A DNA stretch of 64,000 bases from Comamonas sp. (GCA_034675705.1 JAUCCZ010000006.1:690112-754111); one strand, 5' to 3'. Positions 23,665 through 37,428 are shown, counted from the stretch's first letter. Translations and numbers: made by a program. Notes: generated by a model from the letters alone, not told the origin.

Positions 23665-25164
23665 TTACTTCAAGCTGATGGTGGTGTTTACCCCGTGGTG
23701 CAGGCTGCTGTCGTCAAACCAGCGCTCGGTCACGGTCTTGGTCTGGGTGTAGAACAGCACCACCTGTTTGCCGTAGGGGCCCAGGTCGCCGAGCTTGGAG
23801 GCGCGGCTGCCGGTGAAGGAAAACAGCGGTACCGGCACCGGCACGGGCACGTTGATGCCGACCTGGCCGACGTCAATGTCCTCCTGGAACATGCGTGCCG
23901 CCGCGCCGCTTTGCGTGAAGATGGCCGTGCCGTTGCCGTTGGGGTTGGTGTTGATGAAGTCAATCGCCTGCTCCAGGTCGTCTGCCGCCACCAGGGCCAG
24001 CACGGGGCCGAAGACTTCCTGGTCGTAAATCGTCATGCCGGGTTTGACGCCGCTGAAGATGGTCGGGCCGACGAAGTTGCCTTTTTCAAAGCCGGGCACC
24101 TGCGGGTTGCGGCCATCGAGTTCGAGCTTGGCGCCTTCTTCTACGCCCCGGGCGATCAGGCCCTCTACCCGTTCGCGGGCGGCGCAGGAGATCAGCGGGC
24201 CCAGATCGGCACCGGGCGTGGTACCGGCGGAGACGGTCAAGCCCTTGGTCTTTTCCACGATTTCGGGAATCCACTTTTGTGCTTCGCCCACCAGCACCAG
24301 CACGGAAATGGCCATACAGCGCTGACCTGCCGCGCCAAAGGCCGCGCCCAGGATGGCGTTGATGGAGGCGTCCTTGTTCGCATCGGGCAGCAAGATGGCG
24401 TGGTTCTTCGCGCCCATCATGCACTGCACGCGCTTACCGGCGAGGCTCGCGCGGTTGTACACATGGGTGCCCACGCGGGTGGAGCCGACGAAGCTCACCG
24501 CCTTGATGTCCTTGTGGTCGCAAATGGCGTTGACCACATCCTCGCCGCCGTGCACCACGTTCAGCACGCCGGGGGGCACGCCCGCTTCCAGGGCCAGTTC
24601 GCACAGGCGCATAGTCACCAGTGGGTCTTGCTCCGAGGGTTTAAGCACAAAGGTGTTGCCGGTGGCAATCGCCATGGGGAACATCCACAGCGGAATCATG
24701 GCCGGGAAGTTAAACGGCGTAATACCTGCGCACACGCCCAGCGGTTGCAGCACGGAATAGGTGTCCACCCCGTTGGCCACGTTGTTGGCCAACTCCCCCA
24801 GTTGCAGGTTACCGATACCGGCAGCGTGTTCCACCACTTCCAGACCACGGAAGACGTCGCCTTCGGCATCCGGCAGGGTTTTGCCCTGTTCGGCGGTCAA
24901 GAGGGCGGCCAGCTCCTTCATGTTTTCGCGAATCAGTTGCTGCAGCTTTAAGAAGATGCGGGCGCGGGTGCCGATGGGGGTCTTGCGCCAGGTTTTAAAA
25001 GCTTCCTTGGCGTTGGCAACGGCAGCGTTCACTTCATCAGCGGTCGCAAAGGGCACGCGAGCCAGCACTTCCTGTGTGGCGGGGTTGACCACGTCGCGCC
25101 ACTGGGTGGTTTGCGACTCGACCATCTGGCCGTTGATGAGGAGCTTGACGGTAGGGATGCTCAT
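23665..25164 (-). CDS. mmsA: CoA-acylating methylmalonate-semialdehyde dehydrogenase
   Basis: [40 protein letters not shown]; start MSIPTVKL. Confidence 0.96.
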   Translation of the reverse strand: MSIPTVKLLINGQMVESQTTQWRDVVNPATQEVLARVPFATADEVNAAVANAKEAFKTWRKTPIGTRARIFLKLQQLIRENMKELAALLTAEQGKTLPDAEGDVFRGLEVVEHAAGIGNLQLGELANNVANGVDTYSVLQPLGVCAGITPFNFPAMIPLWMFPMAIATGNTFVLKPSEQDPLVTMRLCELALEAGVPPGVLNVVHGGEDVVNAICDHKDIKAVSFVGSTRVGTHVYNRASLAGKRVQCMMGAKNHAILLPDANKDASINAILGAAFGAAGQRCMAISVLVLVGEAQKWIPEIVEKTKGLTVSAGTTPGADLGPLISCAARERVEGLIARGVEEGAKLELDGRNPQVPGFEKGNFVGPTIFSGVKPGMTIYDQEVFGPVLALVAADDLEQAIDFINTNPNGNGTAIFTQSGAAARMFQEDIDVGQVGINVPVPVPVPLFSFTGSRASKLGDLGPYGKQVVLFYTQTKTVTERWFDDSSLHHGVNTTISLK

Positions 25165-25252
25165 GGGGGGATGTCTCCTGGTTGGAAAAATGGGCCGGTC
25201 TGCGCCGGGCTGTGTCCCATGGTAATGTGCAAATTTGATAGAGCAATAGGTG

Positions 25253-25277
25253 TTTTTGCAATTTATATCTGCAAAAA
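25253..25277. promoter_or_regulatory. Dyad in the divergent mmsA/LysR promoter
   Basis: TTTTTGCA-N9-TGCAAAAA perfect 8-bp inverted repeat. Confidence 0.5.
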
Positions 25278-25299
25278 AGCACAGATACACTCCTGGCCT

Positions 25300-26196
25300 A
25301 TGGATTGGGATCACTTGCGTTTTTTTGCCGCCCTGGTGCAAGCGGGCACCCTGGCGGGGGCGGCCCGCCTGTTGGGCGTAGAGCACACCACGGTGGCGCG
25401 GCGCTTGCAGGCGCTGGAAAAAATCATGGGCCAGACGCTGTTTGCGCGGCACAAAGGGGGCTTGAAGCTGACCCAGGCGGGCGAGCAATTGCTGCCCGCC
25501 GTGCAGGCCATGGAAAAAGCCGTGCGCGGTGTGGAGCAGGCCGCCCTGCCCGACGGCGCGGACGAGGCCCACCCCGCCGGCCTGGTGCGCGTGGGCGCTA
25601 CCGAGGGGCTGGGCACCGTGCTGCTGTCGCGCCAGTTGGCGCTGCTGGCGCTGCGCTACCCGCAGTTGTCGATTGACCTGCTGGCCCTGCCGCGCCTGCT
25701 GCACCTGAGTCGGCGCGAGGCAGACATCGTCATCTCGCTAGAGCGCCCCAAGCGCCGCTCGGTCGTGGTCACCAAGCTCACCGACTACCACCTGTATTTG
25801 TACGGTGAGCGCCAATACCTGGCGCGCCGCCCGCTGGTGGACAGCAGCGACGATCTGCGTCACCACCAGTTTGTGCATTACGTGGACGACTTGCTGTTTT
25901 CCAAGGAATTGCAACTGCTGGCGCAGCTCTACCGGCCCGCCCGCTTTGTGTTTCGCAGCACCAGTATTGCGGCGCAGTACGAGGCCGTCCGCGCCGGGGT
26001 GGGGCTGGCCGTGCTGCCCGCCTTCATGGCCGACCGCGACCCCACTTTGGTGCGGGTGCTGCCCGAACAGGCCCGCTTTACCCGCACCTTTTGGATGAGC
26101 ATGCCCGAAGAGGCCAAGGCCGTGCCCCGCATCCAGGCCGTGTGGCGCTTTCTGAAAGACGTGGTGCGCGAACAGCAGGCGCGGCTGCTGGCCTGA
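25300..26196 (+). CDS. LysR-family regulator, divergent from mmsA
   Basis: MDWDHLRFF...[28 protein letters not shown]; LTQAGE. Confidence 0.93.
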   Translation: MDWDHLRFFAALVQAGTLAGAARLLGVEHTTVARRLQALEKIMGQTLFARHKGGLKLTQAGEQLLPAVQAMEKAVRGVEQAALPDGADEAHPAGLVRVGATEGLGTVLLSRQLALLALRYPQLSIDLLALPRLLHLSRREADIVISLERPKRRSVVVTKLTDYHLYLYGERQYLARRPLVDSSDDLRHHQFVHYVDDLLFSKELQLLAQLYRPARFVFRSTSIAAQYEAVRAGVGLAVLPAFMADRDPTLVRVLPEQARFTRTFWMSMPEEAKAVPRIQAVWRFLKDVVREQQARLLA

Positions 26197-26231
26197 TGGG
26201 GGTGATCGTGATGGGAGTGGGGAGGGGCTGG

Positions 26232-27079
26232 CTAGGGCTTGGCCGGTACCTTGGCTGGGGGTTTGGGTTGCGCCTGGGCACCCAGCTTGGCAAATTCCCC
26301 GGTCAGGGCATCTAGCTGCTCAAAAATACGTTCGGAGGTGGTGGCCACCGTGGTGCTGGCCTTGGGGTCGTTGTGGGCCGGTTTATCCAGCGCGTTATTG
26401 AAAAACATCCATTGCGGGCCAATCAAACGCAGGCCGGCGGTGATTTTTTCCGAGGCATTGGGCACTTGGTCCAGGGTGGTCAGGGCGTTGGTGAACTCTT
26501 GGCGGTCTTGGGCAATCTGTGCGGCACTGTTGCTGTCGGCAATGCCCAGGGTTTGCGCGTGGTAGAGCTTGGCCATGCGTTGCGAGAGCATGCGCTGGCG
26601 GCCAGCCAGGTTCACCAAGTGGCCACTGTGGCTGGCGCTGTGCTTTTCCAGGGCGTCGACCCCTTGCTGGGCAATCTTGAGGGTCAGCTCTGACAGGGCC
26701 AGTACCTCTTTGCTGCGCTCTGGCGTGGGCGGCTGGCTCAGCACGCTGCGGTATTGCGCCCAGGCGCGGGCCAGTTCTTGGTAGAGCGCGCGGATGGCAG
26801 GGGTTGGGGCGTAGGCGGTCAGGTCGGTGAGCTGGCGCTCGAACTGCGCGGTGGCTGCGGTCAGGCTCTGCTGTGTGTGCGGGGTATCCACCTCTAAATG
26901 CAGGCCTGCAGATACAGCTTGGCCAGCCGCTGGGCGGTGGCCCGCTCCAGCCCGGCTTGGTTGATGGCGCTGTGGATGTCGGTAATCTCGGCGTGGGCGA
27001 CGCCGCCCAGCCAACCCAGTAAAAGCAGTCCCAGGCAGGCTCGGCGCAGAGGTTGCACGCAACGGGAGGTGAAAGTCAT
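26232..27079 (-). pseudogene. Secreted protein with two PilJ/NarX-like N-terminal sensor domains, frameshift near 26900-26908
   Basis: Signal peptide ...AHA/EIT, AINQAGLERATAQRLAKLY; second repeat VNLAGRQRMLSQRMAKLY lies in another frame. Confidence 0.75.
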
Positions 27080-27278
27080 GGCAAATGGTGTGTAGGAAGG
27101 GGGAGGGAGAGCTGAGAGGAAAGCTGAGCGGAAAGCGGCGGGGGCGATTTTTACCCAAGTTTGGGCAGTATGATTTGCACTCTTTACTCCATCTACCCGA
27201 TTTATTCTCATCACAGAGGTTAGCCAAGGCCGTGTGCGCTAGCGCAACTGCGGCCTTTGTTTTTCTTCCCCTGCTGCC

Positions 27279-30200
27279 GTGCGTCTTCAGTCCATCAAGC
27301 TCTCCGGCTTCAAATCCTTTGCTGAACCGACCAACTTCATGCTCCCGGGCCAGCTGGTGGGGGTGGTCGGCCCCAACGGCTGCGGCAAGTCCAACATCAT
27401 GGACGCGGTGCGCTGGGTGCTGGGCGAATCCAAGGCCAGCGAGCTGCGTGGCGAATCCATGCAGGACGTGATCTTTAACGGCACCACCCAGCGCAAACCC
27501 GCCAGCCGCGCCAGTGTGGAGCTGAGTTTTGACAACCACGACCACCGCGCCGGTGGCCAGTGGAACCAGTTCACGGAAATTGCCGTCAAGCGCGTGCTCA
27601 CCCGCGACGGTGGCAGCAACTACTTCATCAACAACCAGCCCGTGCGCCGCCGTGACGTGCAGGACGTGTTCTTGGGCACGGGCCTGGGGCCACGCGCCTA
27701 CGCCATCATTGGCCAGGGCACTATCAGCCGCATTATTGAAAGCCGCCCCGAAGAGCTGCGGCTGTTCCTGGAAGAAGCGGCAGGCGTATCCAAATACAAA
27801 GAGCGTCGGCGCGAAACGCACAACCGCCTGCGCGATACGCAGGACAACCTCACCCGCGTGGAAGACATCTTGCGTGAACTCAGCGGCAACCTGGAAAAGC
27901 TGGAAAAACAGGCCGAAGTGGCTGCCCAATACCATGCCCTCAACGCCAGCGCCACGCTCAAGCAGCACCAGCTGTGGTTTTTGAAAAAACAAGATGCCGA
28001 GGGTGACCTGGCCGCCATCCGCGCCCAGGGGCTGGAAGCCGTCAACGCCCTGGAAGCGGGCATGGCGCAACTGCGCCATATCGAAGCCGATATGGAAGCT
28101 CAGCGCCAAGCGCACTACGCCGCAGGCGATGCCGTCAACCAGGCCCAAGGCCGCTTGTACGAGGCCACGGCGGAAGTGGGCAAGCTGGAAGCGGAAATCC
28201 GCTACGTGGTCGAAGGCCGCCAGCGCATCACCCTGCGCCTGGCCCAGTTGCAGGAACAAACGCTGCAGTGGCAACAGCGCCAGGAAACCGCCGCGCTGGA
28301 GCTGGAAGAGCTGGCCGCCAGCGGCGTCGATGCCCAAGAGCAGGCCGAGCTGCTGGCCGCCCAGGTGGAGGAACAGGCCCAGCGCCTGCCCGATTTGGAA
28401 GATGCCGTGCAACAGGCCCAAGCCACGGCCAACACCCAGCGCCAGCAGGTGGTGCAGGTGCAGCAACGCATTCAGGTGCTGGGGGCCGAGCAGCGCAGCC
28501 TGCAAGAACAAAGCCGCCAGCAAGAAAACCGCCTGGAGCGCCTGCGCGCCGAACGCCAGGCGCTGGTGGCCCCCGATGCAGCCTTGGTGGACGAACTGCA
28601 AGCCCAGCACAGCGCCGCGCAAGAGGCCGCAGCGCTGGCCGAAGCCCAGTTGCAAGCCCTGCAAGACAGCCTGCCGCAATTGGAGGATGCACGACGCAGT
28701 AGCCAGCAGCAGCTCAATGCAGAAAACGCCCGCCAGGCCGACATTGCCGCGCGGCTGCAGGCACTTAAAGCCTTGCAAGAGCAGTTGCAGGTGGATGCCA
28801 AGCTCCAGCCCTGGCTGGCCCAGCATGGCCTGGAAGGGCTGGCTGGTTTGTGGACACGCATCACCGTTGAACCCGGTTGGGAAAACGCTGTAGAAGCCGC
28901 ACTGCGCGAGCGCATGCACGCCCTGCAAGTGGGGCGGCTGGAAATGGTGCGCGGCTTTGCCGGCCACCGTGAGCACAGCGGCCATGGCAGCCCAGAAGGG
29001 GGGCCGCCCACCCGGCTGGCGTTTTATTCCACTGCCAATGCCCAGGAAAACGTTGATGCACCCCACGTACCCAACGCACCGGGGCTGATCGACAAAATTC
29101 GTGTGGGCGATGAAGGTTTGCGCAGCGTATTGGCCCACTGGCTACAAGGCTGCAGGGTGGCTGAATCTTTGGACGCAGCCCTGGCCCAGCGCAGCAGCCT
29201 GCCTGCCGGGGCCAGCCTGTACGTGGCCAGCGGCCATGTGGTGACGGCGCACAGCGTGGGCTTTTACGCGCCCGATAGCGAACAGTCCGGCCTGCTGGCC
29301 CGCGCCCAGGAAATTGAACAGCTCGACAAAGCCCTGCGTGCCCAGCAATTGCTGGTGGAAAACGCCCAAACCGCCCTGGCCCGTGCCGATAGCGCCTGGG
29401 GCCAGGCTTCGGGCCAACTGGTCAGCACCCGCCGCACTGCGCAGGAAGCCCAGCAGCAAGCGCATGATTTGCAAGTGCAATGGCTGCGCCTACAGCAGCA
29501 GGTGGAGCAGGCCAGCAGCCGCAGCCAGCAACTGCAGGCCGATAGCGACGAAGTCCACGCCCTGCTGCAAGAACTGCAAGAGCGCAGCGCCGAGGCCGAA
29601 GCCCAGTTTGAAGAGTTGGACCTGCAACTGGCCGATACCCAAGAGCAGCACGCCCAACTGGAAGATGCTGCCATTACCGCCCAGCAGCGCCTGGACGACA
29701 GCCGTGAACAACTACGCCGCCTGGAGCGCCAAGCCCAGGAAGCCCAGTTTGGCGAGCGCAGCCTGCAGGCACGCCAGGCTGAGCTGCAGCGCAGCCTGCA
29801 GACGGCTGAGCAGCAACTGCGCGAAGTGCAGCAAGAGACGCAACGCGCCCAGTTGGAGGCTGAGCGCCTGAGCGATGCCGCCGCGCAAGGCGGCCTGCAG
29901 GCGGCGCTGGACTTGAAGCTGCAGCGCGAACAAGAGTTGGCCCGCATCCGTAGCGACTACGACGGCTTGACCCAGCAACTGCGCGCCAGCGACGAGCTGC
30001 GTAGCCACATCCAGCGCGATATGGAGCCCATGCGCCAGCGCATTACCGAGTTCCAATTGCGCGAGCAAGCCGCCAGCCTGGGCAGCAGCCAATACGCCCA
30101 GCAACTGGAAGAAGCCGGGGCCGACCTGGCTGCCGTGGCGCAGTCAATCACCGAGGGCAATGTGCGCCTGCACGGCCTGCAGGCCGAAATTGACCGCCTG

Positions 30201-30833
30201 CACCGTGAAATTACCGCCCTGGGCGCGGTCAACCTGGCTGCGCTGGAAGAGCTGCAACTGGCCACCGAGCGCAAAGGCTTTTTGGACGCGCAGGTCGAGG
30301 ACTTGACCCAGGCCATGAGCACGCTGGAAGGGGCCATCCAAAAAATCGACATGCAAACGCGCGAACTGCTGACGGGCACCTTCAATACCGTCAACGAGCA
30401 CTTTGGCCGCATGTTCCCCGAGCTGTTTGGCGGCGGGCAGGCGCGTCTCATCATGGTGGGCGATGAAATTCTGGACGCGGGCGTGCAAGTCATGGCCCAG
30501 CCGCCGGGCAAGAAGAACCAGACCATCCACTTGCTCTCCGGTGGGGAAAAGGCGCTGACGGCCATTGCCCTGGTGTTTGCGATTTTTCAGCTCAACCCCG
30601 CGCCGTTTTGCTTGCTCGATGAGGTGGATGCGCCGCTGGACGACGCCAACACCGAGCGCTATGCCAAACTGGTGGCCCATATGAGCCGTGGAACCCAGTT
30701 TTTATTTATCAGTCACAACAAAATTGCCATGGAAATGGCCGAACAATTGATCGGCGTGACCATGCAGGAGCAAGGCGTCTCGCGCATTGTGGCGGTGGAC
30801 ATGGAGTCGGCACTCACCATGGCGCAGATGTAA
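27279..30833 (+). CDS. smc: Chromosome segregation protein SMC
   Basis: GFKSF, GPNGCGKSN, coiled coils, LSGGEK, LDEVDAPLD. Confidence 0.97.
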   Translation: MRLQSIKLSGFKSFAEPTNFMLPGQLVGVVGPNGCGKSNIMDAVRWVLGESKASELRGESMQDVIFNGTTQRKPASRASVELSFDNHDHRAGGQWNQFTEIAVKRVLTRDGGSNYFINNQPVRRRDVQDVFLGTGLGPRAYAIIGQGTISRIIESRPEELRLFLEEAAGVSKYKERRRETHNRLRDTQDNLTRVEDILRELSGNLEKLEKQAEVAAQYHALNASATLKQHQLWFLKKQDAEGDLAAIRAQGLEAVNALEAGMAQLRHIEADMEAQRQAHYAAGDAVNQAQGRLYEATAEVGKLEAEIRYVVEGRQRITLRLAQLQEQTLQWQQRQETAALELEELAASGVDAQEQAELLAAQVEEQAQRLPDLEDAVQQAQATANTQRQQVVQVQQRIQVLGAEQRSLQEQSRQQENRLERLRAERQALVAPDAALVDELQAQHSAAQEAAALAEAQLQALQDSLPQLEDARRSSQQQLNAENARQADIAARLQALKALQEQLQVDAKLQPWLAQHGLEGLAGLWTRITVEPGWENAVEAALRERMHALQVGRLEMVRGFAGHREHSGHGSPEGGPPTRLAFYSTANAQENVDAPHVPNAPGLIDKIRVGDEGLRSVLAHWLQGCRVAESLDAALAQRSSLPAGASLYVASGHVVTAHSVGFYAPDSEQSGLLARAQEIEQLDKALRAQQLLVENAQTALARADSAWGQASGQLVSTRRTAQEAQQQAHDLQVQWLRLQQQVEQASSRSQQLQADSDEVHALLQELQERSAEAEAQFEELDLQLADTQEQHAQLEDAAITAQQRLDDSREQLRRLERQAQEAQFGERSLQARQAELQRSLQTAEQQLREVQQETQRAQLEAERLSDAAAQGGLQAALDLKLQREQELARIRSDYDGLTQQLRASDELRSHIQRDMEPMRQRITEFQLREQAASLGSSQYAQQLEEAGADLAAVAQSITEGNVRLHGLQAEIDRLHREITALGAVNLAALEELQLATERKGFLDAQVEDLTQAMSTLEGAIQKIDMQTRELLTGTFNTVNEHFGRMFPELFGGGQARLIMVGDEILDAGVQVMAQPPGKKNQTIHLLSGGEKALTAIALVFAIFQLNPAPFCLLDEVDAPLDDANTERYAKLVAHMSRGTQFLFISHNKIAMEMAEQLIGVTMQEQGVSRIVAVDMESALTMAQM

Positions 30834-30885
30834 GCGCAGTGGGCGCGGATACCGAAACGTAGAAAGAAAGAGGGATGCAGCAGCA

Positions 30886-32133
30886 ATGAGTACCTTGCAA
30901 ATCAGTCTGGCGGTCTTGGGCATCATCTTGCTGGCCGCCGTGCTGGCCTATAACACCTGGACCTACCGCCGCGCCGCGCCCAAACGCGCCAAGCCCCAGG
31001 CCGCTCCGGTAGAGGCTGCGCCCCGGCAAGAGCCCAATCTGGCGGAGCTGGCAGACTTTCCCGCAGATTTTTCTGGACACGCTTCGGCCAACGCCTCTGC
31101 AAATTTTTCCGGCATGGCCGATTTGGATGGCGTCGGCGCCGTCCAGCTCTCTGCCGGGGCGGGCGACGACTCCGATGCCGTCGGCGTCTTTTTGGCCGAT
31201 GACCCCGTGCTGCAGGCCAGCGCTTCCTCTCCCACCTCCGATACGTTAGCCACCCAGCCGCAGCGCCCAGCCGAGGCCCCCGCCCCGGTGGCCGACAAGC
31301 GCGGGGCGCTGGATGCCTTGATTGACGCCATCGCCAGCCTGCGCCTGGACCGCGCCACGGCGGGCGAAATCATTTTGCAGGTGCAGCCCACCACGCGCCG
31401 CGCGGGCAGCAAGCCGTTTCAGGTGGAAGGGCGCAACTACGTCAGCGGCCAGTGGGAGCCGGTACGCGCCGGTCAGCGCTACGTGCTGCTGCAGGCGGGG
31501 GTGCAATTGGCCAATCGGCTCGGGCCCTTGAATGAAATTGAGTTTTCGGAATTCGTGCTCAAGGTGCAAACCTTTGCCGACAGCCTGGGCGCCGCACTGG
31601 AGCTGCCCGACATGCTGCGCGAAGTGGCGCGCGCGCGTGAGCTGGACCAGTTCGCCAGCCAGCACGATGCGCAACTGAGCTTCATGCTGCGCCCGGTGCG
31701 CGCCGCGTGGAGCCCCGGCTACATCACCCAACAGGCGGCGGCTCTGGGCTTTGCCCCCACCAGCATGCCTGGGCGCATGGCCTTGCCCGCAGGTACTGCC
31801 GGGGGGGCAGCAGGCGCAGCGCCCCTGTTGGTGCTGAGTTTTGACCCCCAAGCCGCGCAGGCCGAAGACCTGGACCGCACTGCCGTGTACGACCTGCTGC
31901 TGAGCCTGGACGTGCCCCAGGTGCCGCAAGCGCTGCAGCCGTTTACCCGTTTGTGCGAGACCTTGCACACTCTGGCCGCGCATATGGACGGCGCCCTGTG
32001 CGACCCCGACGGCAACCCCTTGCCCGCCGCTGCGCTGGAGCCCATCGGCCAGCAACTGGCCGAGGTGTACGCCACCTTGGCCGCGCATGAGGTGGCCGCT
32101 GGCTCCATGCTGGCGCGGCGCTTGTTCAGTTGA
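30886..32133 (+). CDS. zipA: ZipA-like cell division protein
   Basis: N-terminal TM helix, Pro/Ala-rich linker, QLANRLGPLNEIEFSEF, LDVPQV; smc-zipA-ligA synteny. Confidence 0.85.
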   Translation: MSTLQISLAVLGIILLAAVLAYNTWTYRRAAPKRAKPQAAPVEAAPRQEPNLAELADFPADFSGHASANASANFSGMADLDGVGAVQLSAGAGDDSDAVGVFLADDPVLQASASSPTSDTLATQPQRPAEAPAPVADKRGALDALIDAIASLRLDRATAGEIILQVQPTTRRAGSKPFQVEGRNYVSGQWEPVRAGQRYVLLQAGVQLANRLGPLNEIEFSEFVLKVQTFADSLGAALELPDMLREVARARELDQFASQHDAQLSFMLRPVRAAWSPGYITQQAAALGFAPTSMPGRMALPAGTAGGAAGAAPLLVLSFDPQAAQAEDLDRTAVYDLLLSLDVPQVPQALQPFTRLCETLHTLAAHMDGALCDPDGNPLPAAALEPIGQQLAEVYATLAAHEVAAGSMLARRLFS

Positions 32134-32134
32134 T

Positions 32135-34279
<2,145 letters not shown>

Positions 34280-34280
<1 letters not shown>

Positions 34281-35206
34281 TGGCCGCCACCCGCGCCAGC
34301 GTGCACCGCCCCAAGATTGGCTTGGCCCTGGGCAGCGGTTCGGCGCGGGGCTGGGCGCATATCGGTGTGCTGCAGGCGCTGCACGACGCCGGAGTGCGGC
34401 CTGATTTTGTCTGCGGCGCCTCTGCCGGGGCCTTGGTAGGCGCGGCCTTTGCGGCCAATAAGCTCGATGCCTTCACCGACTGGGTGCTGTCGCTGGATCG
34501 GCGCAAGGTCTTTCAATTCATGGACTTTCGCTGGTCGGGCGGCATGCTCAAAGGGGAAAAGCTGGTGAGCTTTTTGCGCCAGCACTTTGCCGCGCAAACC
34601 CTGGAGCATTGCCATCTGCCCTTTGCCGCCGTGGCTACTGACCTCTATTCCGGTGCCGAGGTGTGGCTGCGCCACGGCGCGGTGGTGGACGCGGTGCGCG
34701 CCTCCATTGCCCTGCCGGGGCTGTTTACCCCGGTGGCCGCAGGCGGGCGCTGGCTGGTCGATGGCGGGCTGGTCAACCCCGTGCCGGTGTCGCTGGCCCG
34801 CGCCATGGGGGCGGATATTGTGATTGCGGTGGATTTGAACGCCGACATCATGCGCCGCCGCTCGGCCCCCCAGATGCTGGAGGCACCGCCCGAGAGCGCC
34901 GATGCCTCCTGGGTGGAGCGCTGGCAAAGCGGCTGGCGCCCCTGGCGCAGCAGTGCCGAGGAAGCGGAGCCCGCCCCGTTGCCAGAGACAGAAACCCCGT
35001 CCGTGCTGGATGTGGCCATGAACAGCGTCAACATCATGCAAATGCGCATTAGCCGTAGCCGCTTGGCGGGTGACCCCCCGGAAATCTTGATTACCCCGCG
35101 CTTGGCGCATTTGGGTTTGCTGGATTTTCACCGGGCGCAAGAGGCCATTGCAGCGGGCCAGCATGCAACCTTGCTGGAATTACCCGATCTGGCAAATTTT
35201 TATTAA
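34280..35206 (+). CDS. rssA: Patatin-like phospholipase (RssA/NTE family)
   Basis: LGSGSARGWAHIG, GASAG nucleophile, DGG; TGATG overlap with ligA. Confidence 0.88.
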
Positions 35207-35442
35207 GCCGCATATTTTATAAAAATAAAAATTACCCGATGCGAAAGTGTATTTTTTAAAACATGCCAAGAAAATACACAGCAGTTTTTAAAATAACGCA
35301 ATTTTAAAAATTAATCCTTGGGGAAATTGCTAGGCCGCTTATTTTCCTGGGGTGCTACAACAAAGAGGCCAGCAGAGCGCACCCCCGACTTGCGCCGCTG
35401 CCCCGGTCTGCTGGCGCAGGGGCAGCCGCCAGGGAGACCGGT

Positions 35443-37365
35443 ATGGATGCCATCAGCAACTTCACTTCTCGCTACGCCCGCTCCCGCGAGGAGGAAATGT
35501 CCATCGAAGAATATCTGGCCGAATGTGGCCGCGACCCCATGGCCTACGCCACCGCCGCGCAGCGCATGCTGGCGGCCATTGGCGAGCCCGACATGCTCGA
35601 CACCCGCAACGACCCGGTGCTCTCACGCATTTTTGCCAACAAGGTCATTCGCCGCTACCCCGCGTTTGCCGAGTTCTACGGCATGGAAGAGGCCATTGAG
35701 CAGGTGGTCAGCTTCTTTCGCCACGCCGCGCAAGGGCTGGAAGAGCGCAAGCAAATCCTGTACCTGCTCGGGCCCGTCGGCGGCGGCAAAAGCTCCATTG
35801 CTGAGCGGCTCAAATACCTCATGCAGAAAGTGCCTTTCTATGCGCTCAAAGGCTCGCCCGTGAATGAATCCCCCCTGGGCTTGTTTGACCCGGTGGAAGA
35901 CGGCCCGGTGCTGCAAGAGCAGTTTGGCATTCCCAGCCGTTATTTGCAGCGCGTGCTCTCGCCCTGGGCAGTCAAGCGCCTGGAAGAATATGGTGGGGAT
36001 ATTCGCCAGTTTCGCGTCGTCAAGCGCTACCCGAATATCTTGAAGCAAATTGCCATTGCCAAGACCGAGCCAGGCGATGAGAACAACCAGGATATTTCCA
36101 GCCTGGTGGGCAAGGTCGATATTCGCCAACTGGAAAACTTTGCCCAGGACGATACCGACGCCTATAGCTACTCTGGCGGCCTGTGTCTGGCCAACCAGGG
36201 CATGCTGGAGTTTGTCGAAATGTTCAAGGCACCGATTAAGGTGCTGCACCCCTTGCTGACCGCCACCCAGGAAGGCAACTACAAGGGCACAGAAGGTTTT
36301 GGCGCGATTCCCTTTGATGGCATGGTGCTGGCGCACAGCAACGAAAGTGAATGGAAGTCGTTTAAAAACAATAAAAACAACGAAGCGTTTTTAGACCGGA
36401 TTTATATCGTCAAAGTCCCCTACTGCCTGCGCGTAAGTGAGGAGGAAAAAATCTACGCCAAGCTGGTGCGGGAATCGTCCTTAGGTGAGGCCATTTGCGC
36501 TCCAGGTACCTTGAAAATGATGGCCCAGTTTGCCGTGCTTACCCGTTTGAAGGAGCCGGAAAACTCCAGCATTTTCAGCAAAATGCAGGTCTATGATGGG
36601 CAAAACCTCAAAGACACCGACCCCCGTGCCAAAAGCTACCAGGAATACCGCGACTACGCCGGTGTGGATGAAGGTATGGCCGGTATTTCCACCCGCTTTG
36701 CTTTCAAAATCCTGTCCCAGGTATTCAACTACGACAGTACTGAGGTCGCGGCCAACCCCGTGCATTTGATGTATGTGTTGGAGCAGCAGATTAACCGCGA
36801 GCAGTTCCCCACAGAGGTGGAATCCAAATATATCAACTATATTAAAGAATACCTCTCACCGCGCTATGCAGAGTTTATTGGTAAGGAAATTCAAAAAGCC
36901 TATCTGGAAAGCTATAGCGAATACGGCCAAAATATTTTTGACCGCTACGTCACCTACGCCGATTATTGGATTCAAGATAGCGAATACCGCGATACCGATA
37001 CCGGTGAGGCTTTTGACCGCAATGCCTTGAACGCCGAGCTGGAGAAAATCGAAAAACCCGCAGGGATTGCCAACCCCAAGGATTTTCGCAATGAAATTGT
37101 CAACTTCGTCCTGCGGGCGCGGGCCAACAACCAGGGGCGCAACCCCAGTTGGACCAGCTACGAAAAACTGCGGCTGGTGATTGAGAAAAAAATGTTCTCC
37201 AACACCGAAGAGCTGCTGCCCGTCATCAGCTTTAACGCCAAGGCCAGCGCGGAAGACGCCCGCAAGCACGAGGACTTCGTCACCCGCATGGTGGACAAGG
37301 GCTACACGCACAAGCAGGTGCGCCTGCTGTGCGAGTGGTATCTGCGCGTGCGCAAAAGCAGTTAA
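35443..37365 (+). CDS. yeaG: PrkA/YeaG AAA+ serine protein kinase
   Basis: LLGPVGGGKS, EPGDENNQDISSLVGKVDIR, EFVEMFKAPIKVLHPLL, HSNESEW. Confidence 0.95.
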   Translation: MDAISNFTSRYARSREEEMSIEEYLAECGRDPMAYATAAQRMLAAIGEPDMLDTRNDPVLSRIFANKVIRRYPAFAEFYGMEEAIEQVVSFFRHAAQGLEERKQILYLLGPVGGGKSSIAERLKYLMQKVPFYALKGSPVNESPLGLFDPVEDGPVLQEQFGIPSRYLQRVLSPWAVKRLEEYGGDIRQFRVVKRYPNILKQIAIAKTEPGDENNQDISSLVGKVDIRQLENFAQDDTDAYSYSGGLCLANQGMLEFVEMFKAPIKVLHPLLTATQEGNYKGTEGFGAIPFDGMVLAHSNESEWKSFKNNKNNEAFLDRIYIVKVPYCLRVSEEEKIYAKLVRESSLGEAICAPGTLKMMAQFAVLTRLKEPENSSIFSKMQVYDGQNLKDTDPRAKSYQEYRDYAGVDEGMAGISTRFAFKILSQVFNYDSTEVAANPVHLMYVLEQQINREQFPTEVESKYINYIKEYLSPRYAEFIGKEIQKAYLESYSEYGQNIFDRYVTYADYWIQDSEYRDTDTGEAFDRNALNAELEKIEKPAGIANPKDFRNEIVNFVLRARANNQGRNPSWTSYEKLRLVIEKKMFSNTEELLPVISFNAKASAEDARKHEDFVTRMVDKGYTHKQVRLLCEWYLRVRKSS

Positions 37366-37428
37366 GGGCACCCGGTTGCCTTGGGATAAAAAAGGCAGCT
37401 AGCGCCCGCCAGATAAGGGGAGTGTGCT

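Noticed and set aside
26232-29138. 968-aa minus-strand ORF
   Set aside because: Antisense shadow of smc joined by chance to the real C-terminal part of the frameshifted PilJ/NarX-domain gene.
35300-35340. Sigma-54 promoter for yeaG
   Set aside because: TGG...TTGC elements present but spacing is not GG-N10-GC.
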